A program made the translations under genes and the position numbers. Shown here one piece after another: positions 1-15,419 of a DNA stretch of 64,000 nt. The DNA lies in NCBI GenBank assembly GCA_950097015.1, contig CATNEN010000001.1, positions 25,172,001 to 25,236,000 of the forward strand, given 5' to 3'. Origin of the DNA: Macrostomum hystrix (taxonomy: Eukaryota > Animalia > Platyhelminthes). A model generated the notes under the pieces. The model did not search any database, had not been told where the DNA came from, and worked only from the letters and a program-made list of their open reading frames with translations. Numbering within the stretch: position 1 is the stretch's first letter; the number at the start of each line of letters is the position of its first letter.

Positions 1-1299
1 TTAGAATCTTTAATTAAAAATGTTGCTAACGTGTACAGACTTAGTGTGTTTTCGATCTCATCCCAGCTCAATTCACGCCGCTTATTATAAGAAATCGACA
101 CCGACAATGTTAAAAAGCGAATGTCATTCAATGTACACCAAGAGATGATCACGCGACTTTAAATGCATCGCCAAATGAAGACGCGAAAAGCGAAACCGAA
201 AGTCACATTTTAGAAACAAGCGCCACACGTCATTGTTGCCCGAGAGATAGAAGAGGCAACAGCGGGACTCGTCTTTAGGCCCCTCCTTCCCCCGGCGCTG
301 CAGGTGTACGGCAGTTCGCTTTATCTGCTGAATCAGCTAAAAAATATCACTCCACAGCGCAGCAGAGCGAGGGAGGCGGAGAGACAGAGAGAAGCTGGGG
401 TGACGGTTGCTGGCTGGGTTATTGGAAACCAGCTGCTTACCAGCCTTCCCAGTCCTGGGAATCGCTGTGGAGCAACCCCATCTATCCGAAGGCATGCCCA
501 CCTGTCTCCTTTTCAAAGCAGCAACACGGCAGCAACACTGGGCCTGTGTTGTCATGCCAACAGATAAAGCCATCACAATGGGGCATGAGCAGGTTCTGTC
601 CCAGGAGGTTCGGCAGTTGAGCATTGAGCATGGGAGAAGGCCAGGTGGGGGGGTATAATCCATTTGGCGTCATCCCCAAGCATTATCTTGTTGAGTTTTT
701 GGCTATATATTTTTAGCGCTACTCCAGCCCGAGGCGGATCCAAGCCTGTGATGCAGACAAGCCTCATCATGCTGGTAGCCGCTGCGACCTAGGATAATTG
801 CCTGCGGCATTCCATCCCACTTCCCTCCCATCTCTCGCAGATGTATGGAAATTATTTCTTTGTTCTTCGCTATTTGGCCTGTACTTTGTTGTGTGGCAGT
901 ACTTTATCATAAGTTTATGGACGTCATAACTTCTCACCTCGCATTACCTAGACACAGGTACCCCAAAAATCTGAGTAGAGGAACGCAAACGATTATAAGC
1001 ATAGTTTTAATAACGTTGAGTAATCTAACTTCTTCGACCATTTCTGCATTCTAAGATGATTTAAATCCGCTTTTTTGATTGTTCCGAAGTAAATCTTTTT
1101 TACGTTCACGACAATTTAAAAAATGTATGCTTGAAAATTCACTCAGTTAACAGCAAGAAAGAATACGAGCTAGTTAGATTAGAATTAGGCGTCCGTGGCA
1201 ACGACTGACGAAGTCTATGAGAAAAATCGATCACAATGACCAACGAAGCCTATCGCACCCCACAATGGTTCTCAAACGCCATGTCTTTCTATTCTCCGC

Positions 1300-3349
1300 T
1301 CAGTCGTCAACAATGATCTTTCGCCCGCCGGGTGTCAAGGAAACAGCCGACCGCCTTGTTCGGTTGGAGCGAGCCCGATTAGCGCCGTGCCGTCCGGAGT
1401 AGTCCGACTCATCGCTGTCGGTGTCGCTGTCGCTGTCCGAGTCGCTATAGAAGTCCTCCGGCCGGCTGATGCCCAGCTTCAGGCTGAGCCACATCAGCTT
1501 GGCGGTGATCTCGTCCTGGATCAGGTTCATGCACATGGACAGCATGGCCAAGCCGAAAACGCAGTAGACAGCGCCGATGAGTAGTTCAATCACGACGCTG
1601 ATCTGGAAAGCGAAGACCTTCTGGTCATTTTCCTGCATCATTGTGCTTCGTTTTTGTGACAACGCGTATCCGGTTGCAAGCACAAATTTAAATAGAATTC
1701 GAAGCAGTTTCGAAAAAAAGATAAAAAGATGGAATAAATACAACAGATAATAAAAAAAAATTTAATAGCAGGAGGGTTGCGGCACATCATTTAGTGACAC
1801 AAGACCCGCTGCCAGCGAGGAGCCAATTCTGCCCATTTCGCTGACTCCTGAGCACACACGCACACATCGTCAAGCAGTGTAAACTCTCACTGTGCCTTGG
1901 ATGTTGGCACTCAAGGGCGTAAATTGCACTACAAGCCCCCAAGCCTTCTCTCCGCGGCTGCGCCCCAAATAAATGTGGCCTCGCCTCAGAATCGAGCTTA
2001 GGGCGAAAGGGAAAAGGTGTCAACCGCTCTGCGACCGACCCCCAAATAAATACTGATAATGCTTACGTCATCAAATGGTCCATCTTTGCCAGGTACGTAG
2101 TCACCGAATCCAATTGTACTCAGAGTGATGAAGGAGAAGTAGGTGCCCTCAATGATGGTCCACTGAGTCTCCCATATGCGGAACACGGCGGCCCCAATGA
2201 GGATGTAGAGCATCAGCAGCATGAGAGTGATGCTGATGGGAATGTTTACAACGCCGTCGTCATAGAAATCGTCGTCTTCATCATCTTCCTCCACGACAAC
2301 AACCGAGTTCACCTGGAACTCGCATATATTAGAGTCTAGTAAGTAATGCTAGACGAGCACGCTAGCAAAATGCAACTCACCTTCTGCGGAGGCTGCTTCT
2401 CAGAGCTGTCCACAACCGACCGGAACATGCCGGCCTCCTTACGCCGCTGCAGCTCCGCCTCCGCCAGACTCCTGGCGAAGGTGCTCTTGGTGATAAAGCA
2501 CTTGCAGCAGAAGATGTTCAGGTAGAAGCTGCGGAACAGCATGGCAGTGGGGCCGCCGATTTTCGTGAGGAAAAGCAGCATGAGCGGAATGCCAAGCACC
2601 CCGTAGATCATGCAGACAATCTGGCCCCACTTTGTCACTGGTGAGATGTGCCCGTAACCTGAAATGTTTAGATGGTCAGTCAGAGCATTCACCTGGTGCA
2701 TTGAAGGTACTGTGAAATGGAGGTAATATTCTATTACTGCTTTGAATTGCTCACCGATGGTGGTAATGATAGTGGCGCAGAAGTAGATGCTATTGGGCAG
2801 CGCCCAGTTTGGCATGTTGTCCGGCTCGCCGATGGTGCTACAATTGACTGTGGGATCCACGCCGATGGTGTACACGTCCTCAGCGAAGGTCTGCAGCTCG
2901 GTGAGGATGGCGCTCTTCGACAAGGAGGCGTTGGCACCCTGAGCGATGTTGTAGACTCGATCGACTGCCTCGTTTCTCTTAGACTCGTACTTGTCCGATT
3001 TGGTCTCACAGGCGGAGATCTCATTAACCACCTCCAGGTAGTTGAAAAGGAATCCGCCCATCGTTAGGTAGAGCACAATGAGAAAGAAGATGCCCAGGTG
3101 CGAGAGGATCAAGGTGAAGATGCGTTGCATGCAGCTGCGCCGATCCTCGGGTTTGGCGGCCTGGTTGCGCTTGGCCGCCGCACGAATATCCGACAACTGC
3201 TGCTGCTGCTGCTGCTCGGAGTTGCCCGGGCCGCCAAGCTCCGTGTTCTGACTTCCGCTGCCGAAGCGCTCATTGGACCCTCTGGCGCTGCCGCTGGCCG
3301 CGTCCGAGCTGAACTGGCCGAACTCGAAATCGTAGCCGTAGTTGGTCAT
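1300..3349 (-). CDS. Two-pore-domain (K2P/TWiK-family) potassium channel, paralog 1; exons ~3349-2755, 2658-2381, 2312-2067, 1602-1300
   Basis: Pore 1 YFCATIITTIG|YGHISP and pore 2 [18 protein letters not shown]; four hydrophobic TM segments; GT-AG junctions join in frame; acidic C-tail. The start ATG (MTNYGY) is inferred. Confidence 0.92.
1765..2040 (-). mobile_element. tRNA-derived SINE, family A, in K2P-1 intron 3
   Basis: Reverse complement aligns with 6575-6865 and 24700-25010 (GTGCTCAGGAGTCAGCG, GCAGCGGGTCTTGTGTCAC, B-box-like GCTCGATTC). Confidence 0.7.
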
Positions 3350-4151
3350 TGTGCCGGATCTACTTTGTGCCGGCTTTGTTGCTAGCCTGTCTCTCTCTTC
3401 CAGGCAGAGATACGTTTGCAAAGAGAAGGGAGCTTCGACAATGTGAGCAGCTTGCTTCTTCAATTAGCTTCATATACTCACGATCACCTGCCGGCTCATT
3501 GTTCGCAGCCTGCAATTCTATAAACTGAGAGCCCAACTCATGCCTTGACTGAGATTGATCATTTTAAGCTAGTCGCAGGGTTGAAAATAAGGTAGAGAGA
3601 CTGCACAGAGTGGTTCGGAGGATCCCTGAATGTCGGGTTTAAAGGATTGGCTTTTTTGAGCTAATCATGTAGAGATGAAGTAAATCAGATTTTTCGCTTT
3701 TTGTTCTTTAAAACAGAATAACTAATTGGATGCTGTGTTTTATCGTTATTAGCAATCTGTGAATTTTCTCGATGAAAATCTTCTCACAATTACAAATATT
3801 TATTTTTTAGAAGTTATTAAAAATAGAAAACATCATTAAAATGTATTTTGCGAATTAAAAAAAAGAAAGTATAAATATCTTTGCGATAAAGCAGAAGTAA
3901 AGGTTCTTTTCTTCTTGAAGAGAAGTTAGTTGATGGCAGTCAGACACAAGAGAGAAGGAGAAGACACGAGTGAAGAGCGAGTTCGCGTTCAATTGATTCA
4001 AATGTAAAAAAAGTTAATTGTTTATCGTTTTTTATCGTTCACGGCGGGTCACTTTGCGGTATCCACGAGCTTCAGAAGCGTCTGTCCTCGATCCTCCCCT
4101 CCACTTGGCTGTCTTCGGGCAAGTAACCAGTCACAGCTCACAATGACCGCC

Positions 4152-7100
4152 TCAGGCGCTGCTCTCCGCCCCAGCGACGCCGCTGCGTGCTCGCGTCGGC
4201 GGCTTCTTGGCGCGGCCGCTCGCTCGGCTGCTGCGGCTGTCCTCCTCAGTGCCGCTAGACTCATCTTCGCTGCCGTCTTCATCATCGTCTTCATCATCGT
4301 CTTCTTCTTCTTCATCATCTTCATCGTCGTCTGATTTTTCAACTTTTGAGACGCCCAGCTTGCTGCCGATCCAGCGAAACTTGGCCGTCATCTCGTCCTG
4401 AATGAGGTTGATGCACATGGACAGCAGCGCCAGGCCGAACAGGCAGTACACGCAGCCGATTATCAACTCCACGATCACCGAGGTCTGGGTGAGGTCGGTG
4501 GTTCACGAATCAATTTTGAAGCGATGTACGAGCGTATGGTACAGCCAGCTTCTTTGATGCCTCCTCCAAGTGCGCAAAAACGAACAGTAATACAACGCGG
4601 ACAAAAACTATTTACCTTGTTAAAAGGCCCATTTCTCCCAGGTACATAGTCTCCGAATCCAATTGTCGAGAGCGTGATGAAAGAGAAGTAGGTGCCCTCA
4701 ACAATGCTCCAAGTCTCCCAGATACGGAAGACGCCAGCGCCAATAATGATGTAGATCGTTAGCAACATGAGCGTCACGGTGATGGGGATATTAACAATCT
4801 CATCGTCCTCTTCTTCATCTTCGTCAACATCCTCTTCCACTATTTCAACCTGGAAGCATTTGTTTTTAATCAGCTCTCTGGAATGAACAAGGCTTCATGT
4901 CTAGGATCTGGGATCTAGGATCTGGGATCTAGGATCTGGGATCTAGGATCTGGGATCTAGGATCTGGGATCTAGGATCTGGGATCTAGGATCTGGGATCT
5001 AGGATCTGGGATCTAGGATCTGGGATCTAGGATCTGGGATCTAGGATCTGGGATCTAGGATCTGGGATCTAGGATCTGGGATCTAGGATCTGGGATCTAG
5101 GATCTGGGATCTAGGATCTGGGATCTAGGATCTGGGATCTAGGATCTGGGATCTAGGATCTGGGATCTAGGATCTGGGATCTAGGATCTGGGATCTAGGA
5201 TCTGGGATCTAGGATCTGGGATCTAGGATCTGGGATCTAGGATCTGGGATCTAGGATCTGGGATCTAGGATCTGGGATCTAGGATCTGGGATCTAGGATC
5301 TGGGATCTAGGATCTGGGATCTAGGATCTGGGATCTAGGATCTGGGATCTAGGATCTGGGATCTAGGATCTGGGATCTAGGATCTGGGATCTAGGATCTG
5401 GGATCTAGGATCTGGGATCTAGGATCTGGGATCTAGGATCTGGGATCTAGGATCTGGGATCTAGGATCTGGGATCTAGGATCTGGGATCTAGGATCTGGG
5501 ATCTAGGATCTGGGATCTAGGATCTGGGATCTAGGATCTGGGATCTAGGATCTGGGATCTAGGATCTGGGATCTAGGATCTGGGATCTAGGATCTGGGAT
5601 CTAGGATCTGGGATCTAGGATCTGGGATCTAGGATCTGGGATCTAGGATCTGGGATCTAGGATCTGGGATCTAGGATCTGGGATCTAGGATCTGGGATCT
5701 AGGATCTGGGATCTAGGATCTGGGATCTAGGATCTGGGATCTAGGATCTGGGATCTAGGATCTGGGATCTAGGATCTGGGATCTAGGATCTGGGATCTAG
5801 GATCTGGGATCTAGGATCTGGGATCTAGGATCTGGGATCTAGGATCTGGGATCTAGGATCTGGGATCTAGGATCTGGCATCTAGGATCTGGGATCTAGGA
5901 TCTGGGATCTAGGATCTGGGATCTAGGATCTGGGATCTAGGATCTGGGATCTAGGATCTGGGATCTAGGATCTGGGATCTAGGATCTGGGATCTAGGATC
6001 TGGGATCTAGGATCTGGGATCTAGGATCTGGGATCTAGGATCTGGGATCTAGGATCTGGGATCTAGGATCTGGGATCTAGGATCTGGGATCTAGGATCTG
6101 GGATCTAGGATCTGGGATCTAGGATCTGGGATCTAGGATCTGGGATCTAGGATCTGGGATCTAGGATCTGGGATCTAGGATCTGGGATCTAGGATCTGGG
6201 ATCTAGGATCTGTTTACCTTGGGCGGTGGGCCCTTGCCACCGTCGGCCTGGCCTTCTTCGGCCGCGGCCGCCCATCCTGTTTGCTCCGGCTGTCGCTTGC
6301 CATCGTTGGACATCAGCTGCGTCTCGTTGGGCAGCTTCTTGACGAAGCACTTGCAGCAGAAGATGTTTAGGTAGAAGGTTCGAAATAGCATCGCGGTGGG
6401 CTCGCCAATTTTCGATAGGAACAGCAGCATGAGCGGAATGCCCAGAATGCCGTAGATCATGCAGACTATCTGGCCCCACTGCGTCATCGGCGCGATGTGA
6501 CCATAACCTGATTGTCGATTTAAGGAGCATTACTTTTTGCTGACAGAGTCACTTAATTTATAACTAGCTAGTGCGCCACGGTCCCTGAGCTCGATTCCGC
6601 GGTGACGCCACATTCATTTGGGAAGACTTGGGTCTTGTAGTGAAATTTACAGCCTTCAGGGCCAACCTCCAAGGCACAGTAAAGTGCACACTGCCTGATG
6701 ACAGATGTACGAGTACACTGCCCTGCGTACAGCATCTGTGTGCGTGTGTGCTCAGGAGTCAGCGAAATGGGCAGAATTGCCTCTTGGCTGGCAGCGGGTC
6801 TTGTGTCACCAAGTGATGTGGCATTGCCCGCTACCCTCCTATCATTATTATGACCATTATTATTACGAGCTATTATTGCGCTCAGTTAGTTCTCACCAAT
6901 TGTGGTGACAATCGTGACGCAGAAGTACGCGGCGTTGACAAAATTCCAGGCTGGCAGCTCCGGGTACGGCATGTGGCTGCAGTTGAACTCTGGGTTGACG
7001 TTGAGCGCGTAGAAGTCGATCGCGAAGCGAAGCAATGTCTCTCGGACGCTGAGATGCGCCTCGGTTGCGTTGCTGCCCTGAGCCTGTGAGTAGGCCAGGT

Positions 7101-7503
7101 CCACGGTCTGCGCGAACTTCGCCCAGAACTTCGCCTCCGAGGTCTGGCAGCTGGAGATCTCATTGTTGGTCTCCAGGTAGCTGAACAGGAAGCCGCCCAT
7201 GGCAACGTAGAGTACCACGATTATCAAAGTACCCACGTGGGACAGCATGATAGCCGCGAACCGGCGCAGGCAGCGCCTGGTCCCGCCACCGCCAGCACCG
7301 TCCGTGTCGTCCTTGTCTTCTTTCTTCTGCAGTTCGAGCGTCGAGGAAGCGACTGACTTGGCGCGAAAGTTTCCAAAATCAGTGATCGCCGTCTCGTCGT
7401 CCTCCGGAGTCTTTGGCGGCGGAGGGCGCCGTTTGGACTTGCCGTTGCCATGGATACCGCCGATGTCAAAGTGGTCCGCCTCGAAGCCACCGTTGGTGTG
7501 CAT
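4152..7503 (-). CDS. K2P/TWiK-family potassium channel, paralog 2; exons 7503-6897, 6507-6218, 4849-4616, 4484-4152
   Basis: YFCVTIVTTIG|YGHIAP and [18 protein letters not shown]; same intron positions as paralog 1; in-frame GT-AG splicing. Confidence 0.92.
4899..6210. repeat. ~1.3 kb near-perfect tandem array of 14-bp GGATCTAGGATCTG filling K2P-2 intron 2
   Basis: Directly visible; only one obvious variant unit (~5878). Confidence 0.97.
6575..6865 (+). mobile_element. tRNA-derived SINE, family A, in K2P-2 intron 1
   Basis: B-box-like GAGCTCGATTCC, body shared with the other two copies, (ATT)n-like tail. Confidence 0.7.
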
Positions 7504-8582
7504 CACAGCTGGCTCTGATCACCTGGGCTCCTGTATGTTGATGCTCTTGAACTAACTCTGCCTGCTTTGTTTGCTGATTTCAACTGGCTCCTGAAATCCT
7601 CAAAATCTGCTTCTTGTCGCCAAGAAGAGAATTCATCATATTAAAACTAGCCCAGAGAGGGGCCGGGCATCGTACAGGTTGTTTAGGGGGCCGCTGCGGA
7701 AACACTGCGACTTCATTGGTCAAGTTAAGTGGGGTGAGCCGGACAAACTGCATGTCCGGTGAGGCACTCACAGCAGTTGGATTATCATTTTAGAAGGCCC
7801 ATTGTCTAACCTACCCCATTGTCCAGTGGACCACACAGTGGGTGTTTTGCTGGGTTTGGAAACGCATTGTTCGGGTATGCTGGTAGGGGTAGATTTTGAT
7901 AACTAGTTATTTGTCTGCACCTGCTCAGTGGAGACACGGGTGTACAGCTACAGGTAGGGATGAGAGATGCAGCATTGACGAAATGCCAAATTAGTGATAT
8001 GGACAGCCAGATAAATTGGCAGCCTGGAAATATTGGCTCTCATATTAAAAATATCACTTCATATCGTGACAGTTAACACTGAGTATTGTTCTGTTTGGTG
8101 CAGTTTTTGAATGTCTATTTCTGTATGCTGGTTTCATTGTGACTTCAGATTTTGGGTTTCGGGGCAAGAGATTCTTTGAACAGCATCAGCGGAAAAAAAC
8201 AGCAGTTAAAAAATCTAGCTCAAAGCAGCAGTTTCAGCGACTGAAGAAAATTTGTCGTAGGAAAAATAAAATAGACAGGAAATAATTGCCCGTTGACAAT
8301 ATTGATGAAGTTTTTAACCTCCTCGATGGCAAGTTGACAAGCAACACCAGGCCGAGTCAAAATGAGAAACTACAGCGTTTGTCGATTTGCGACTTCATCA
8401 CCTACAGAACAGAAATGACACGCCAGCTGATGCTAGGCACACTAAAGCACAATGGAGTTGAGACTGTCCTCTAACCCCATTTCGTGGTCACCAACAAACG
8501 CACATCCAGTTTTGACTTCCTAAAATACAGTCCGATGAAAGGAAAGGCCGGAGCCCAAAAGAGACGTCGGTCACTTCAAAGC

Positions 8583-10718
<2,136 letters not shown>

Positions 10719-10874
10719 GCTTCTGCGATGGCATTGAGTTGTTTTTATTCATCGGCTATTTGCGACCGTTGTACAGGTCGTTGGTTCGAATTCTATGTTG
10801 GTCAGGTCATATTTTGACCACTTATTTATAAATTATGCTACTGAAAAACTCTACGCTCGGATTGCGAGGCGCAT

Positions 10875-10995
10875 CTGAAGGCTGCGTACGGCTGTTCAGT
10901 CCATGAACTGGTAGGGATGCCACACCACCCTCAATTACCCCAGCTAATGCTATTTCTAACCCATTTAACAACTGGAAGAACTTAAGCGCCTTACT
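10875..10995 (-). mobile_element. Truncated copy of the CORE-like SINE at 36615-36825
   Basis: Shares GCTGCGTAC..CTGTTCAGTCCATG and CAATTAC.CCAGCTAATGCT..CCCATTTAA with 36621-36705. Confidence 0.55.
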
Positions 10996-11879
10996 TAAGA
11001 ACTTTCTAATTTCTAGTTAAGAAAAGTGTAAACTTACCTATCGTAATCGATAATAATAACTTCAAGAGGCACCCAAAGAGTTTTCAATGAGAAAATTTAG
11101 GAATAATTTAGAAGGCTTTCGCGGAGATTCACAGAGGCAGCTGTATTCGCATTGTGCCAAGCTGATTGCCTTATGAGCCAAAAGAATCTGAAATTCTGTC
11201 TCCAGAAAAAGCTGCGGTGGGGGGGTTGGAGCTGCCTCAGCCGTGCGCCGAATGGAGGAGACAGGCGAGAGGGCGGGCCTTAGAAACTTGCTGACTGGCT
11301 CGGTGGAAGCAGCAGCAGCAGCAGCAGCAGTAGCTTGTACTGAAGGTTGCTGCGGCGACAGCGCCGATGGGGATATTTTCCGATTCGCTTGCCCACGAAC
11401 AATGGCAGCTCCAAGGACGCACCCAAACTGTAGACGCGTAAGGTGGAAAAAAAATCTATGAAGAGGCACTAGTTGGGCTCTGCATTCTTCCTCTTTCAGA
11501 GAAGCATGATGTGATAATCCCTTGCTTAGCCAGATTGGGCTATTGTGAACAAGGGCTTCACTTTTTAGTCCAAAATCAATGCACGCCTGAGTTATTGTTT
11601 GTCCATATTAATACAAGGTACCAATTTTGCTGCGAAAGCAATTTTCCTAATTGCCTACGAACAACCAAATAATTAACAATGGCCTCTATAGAATTACAGA
11701 ATCGAAAACTGTTGCGTTCTTAATTGCAACAAGGGCAATTGCAATAGATAACTAGGGAAAGCCATATTTTTTGCATATAGTTCTTATACCGATTCCCAAA
11801 CTTTTTGCTTAAAAACCACCCGTTAGATATAAGGACCGCCGCTTGTTGCAAAAAGGAACCACGCCTGTTAAATAATGGG

Positions 11880-12560
11880 GTCCATCAGTTACATACAAGG
11901 ACCCCCTGTAAGATACAAGGACCACCGACTATTACATACAAAGACCATCGAATGTTAGATACAAGGACCACCGACTCTTAGACACAAGGACCACAAAATG
12001 TTAGATCCAAGGACCATCTAATGTTAGATCCAAGGACCATCTAATGTTAGATCCAAGGACCATCTAATGTTAGATCCAAGGACCATCTAATGTTAGATCC
12101 AAGGACCACCGAATGTTAGATACAAAGACCACCGAATGTTAGATACAAGGATCATCTAATGTTAGACACAAGGACCACAAAATGTTAGACAAAAGGACCA
12201 CCGCCTGTTAGACACAAGGACCATTTAATGTTAGACACAAGGACCAACTAGTGTTAGATACAAGGACGAACGAATGTTAGATCCAAGGACCATCTAATGT
12301 TAGATCCAAGGACTATCTAATGTTAGACACAAGGACCATCTAATGTTAGATCCAAGGACCATCTAATGTTAGATCCAAGGACCATCTAATGTTAGATCCA
12401 AGGACCATCTAATGTTAGATCCAAGGACCATCTAATGTTAGATCCAAGGACCATCTAATGTTAGATCCAAGGACCATCTAATGTTAGATCCAAGGACCAT
12501 CTAATGTTAGATCCAAGGACCATCTAATGTTAGATCCAAGGACCACCGCCTTTCAGACAC
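11880..12560. repeat. 23-bp minisatellite (ATGTTAGATCCAAGGACCATCTA)n
   Basis: Directly visible; degenerate edges. Confidence 0.93.
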
Positions 12561-13555
12561 AAGGATCGCCTATTTCGAGCTTAAATAAAAATTTTAATTC
12601 GCAAGGCTACTAGAGTGTCCAAGGAGTACATTGGAAGCGGCGGGACAGAGCCGGCTGCAGCGGAAGTGGCTCGCCGCTACCCAGCAGCCAGTCAGAAGTT
12701 CAACATCTGCAAATCGATTGCTGGGAATCTTTCCCACCCTCCCCAGAAACTACTGACTCTGAGCCCCCCTGACTAGCCAGCCACCCCAACCTCCGTGCCT
12801 GCAGCAGCAGCGAATGCTTGCCTGTTGTCATAGCAACTGGACCAAGCAATTGCAACTCCTACCTAACCTTGGGCAGAGATGCAGTGGAATGCTGCTATAG
12901 TCCTTCCCGAGGAAGATTGTGAGGCTTGTATCTCTGTTTAGCCGAATGACAGCCACAGAAATGCAAATAGTATTTCTTAAAATGTTCCTTTTGTTTCATG
13001 GCACCTCTCTACTTTTAATATCTTCTGCTTGCCGGGCGAATACGTTGAGTTGCCATAGAAACCATGCCAACTGGAATTTGTGACGCTCCTCAATCAGCTC
13101 ACAGATGTGAAACTTGATTGGCACTCGTGTCAAACATTTTCTACCTTGTCAAGAGGATTATTACCACTTGAAATTATAAATTTTATCCATTTTTTCTTTC
13201 TAAAAATTCGTATGGGAGCCTGACAGGGCATATTTTCTGCATATTATTCAGTGCGATCAGCTCCGTTGCGGTCCATCAGAAACCAGAAAATATGTAACGT
13301 TTTCTCGATTGGTAAAACAGAATAATTGCTGTTATGAGTTTATAACTACTTGGTTATTTTTTACACTTTTTTGTCAACAAGCAAGGTAAATAAATATATA
13401 TATATGTAGTGCTGCGTAGAAAAATACGATGATGTTTCAATGTCTACTTGACTCAGTAAGTAGTATTTGGTAAAGTGCTAAAAAGAAAAAAGTCATTTTT
13501 ATAACTTAGCACGTATCTTAAAAGACGCTAGGCTCATTTAGAAAGGGTTTTATAC

Positions 13556-14345
13556 CTGTTAGACACGGTGTCCGTCTGTTAGACACGGTGTCCGTCTGTT
13601 AGACACGGTGTCCGTCTGTTAGACACGGTTTCCGTCTGTTAGACACGGTGTCCGTCTGTTAGACACGGTGTCCGTCTGTTAGACATGGTGTCCGTCTGTT
13701 AGACACGGTGTCCGTCTGTTAGACATGGTGTCCGTCTGTTAGACATGGTGTCCGTCTGTTAGACACGGTGTCCGTCTGTTAGACATGGTGTCCGTCTGTT
13801 AGACATGGTGTCCGTCTGTTAGACATGGTGTCCGTCTGTTAGAAACGGTGTCTGTCTGTTAGACACGGTGTCTGTCTGTTAGACACGGTGTCTGTCTGTT
13901 AGACACGGTGTCTGTCTGTTAGACACGGTGTCCGTCTGTTAGACACGGTGTCCGTCTGTTAGACATGGTGTCCGTCTGTTAGACATGGTGTCCGTCTGTT
14001 AGACACGGTGTCCGTCTGTTAGACACGGTGTCCGTCTGTTAGACACGGTGTCTGTCTGTTAGACACGGTGTCCGTCTGTTAGACACGGTGTCCGTCTGTT
14101 AGACACGGTGTCTGTCTGTTAGACACGGTGTCTGTCTGTTAGACACGGTGTCCGTCTGTTAGACACGGTGTCCGTCTGTTAGACACGGTGTCCGTCTGTT
14201 AGACACGGTGTCCGTCTGTTAGACACGGTGTCCGTCTGTTAGACACGGTGTCCGTCTGTTAGACATGGTGTCCGTCTGTTAGACACGGTGTCCGTCTGTA
14301 AGCAGGGTGTCCGTCTGTTAGACAGAGTGTCCGTCTGTAAGCAGG
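13556..14345. repeat. 20-bp minisatellite (CTGTTAGACACGGTGTCCGT)n
   Basis: Directly visible. Confidence 0.95.
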
Positions 14346-15419
14346 GTGTCTATCTGTGTTACAATAAGACATGATATGCGTTTTGCAAGCAGCTAGAAGC
14401 AGTTAAAAACGGCTACTTGGGTTTGAAGTACAAAATTTGTTGGATAAAATCGTGGCTCAGTGATTGCACTTGATAATGAATTTGAATATATCAAAACGGA
14501 AAGTAAAACAAAAAGCGGGGATAGGAATAACAAACTAAATTTAGAAAATAACTTTACAGGTAGAAACTAAAGCAATAACGAATTGCGCTGATTTTCAAAG
14601 ATTGCAGACAGGCAAGATTTTTGTAAACTTTAGTGAATTAATTTTCAGAGTGTGGTATAAAAATAGAAATGACAACATCAACGAAAACATTTATTACTTG
14701 GTTATTTACTAAATTATTACAAATCCTAGCAACAGAACATCAAAGGTATCGAATAAATCTGTTACGATTAAGCAACTCCGGCTCTGAAGCCGTTCAATGA
14801 GTCAACGGTTTCTGAATGGCTACCGATAATTTTTGATAAGTGTGTGATCCCAAATCAGGGATAAATGACTGATGAATTGTGAAAAATGAGATATGAACTA
14901 TTCTATCCGATCGATAATTGACCGTAACTGATCAATAATTGGGGATAAACGGTCGATAACTAGCTCGAAATTATACAAGTAACTGATCGATAATTCACGC
15001 TATTTGACGATGAACTTTACGTTTACGTGATCCATAATTTAGGATAAGCGATCGATAATTAAGGACAAAACGATCGATTATTAGGGATAAACGGCAGATA
15101 ATTACCTCGTAATTATAACTGATCGAAAATTAATTTTAACTGATCGATACTTTATGTTAACTATTTGACAATTGATAACTCATTTAAAATTATCGAAATT
15201 TGGTGATTGCTGATTGATGAGTGGTGAAAATTGATAGGTTAAGAGATCAGAAACATAGCCCAAATTCTGTCGATAAAAGCAGAATATGACACTATAATGC
15301 CGACTGAATATTTGTTAAAAACTAACGACCGATTGATAAAAAACCGAGTATCGAAAGATCTTATCATCCACCGTTAAAAAGCGAACTCGTGGCGCTCGAG
15401 CAGCAGCCAAAGCTCCGAT

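Noticed and set aside
304-800. Short overlapping ORFs at the window start
   Set aside because: No recognisable domain or consistent splice pattern.
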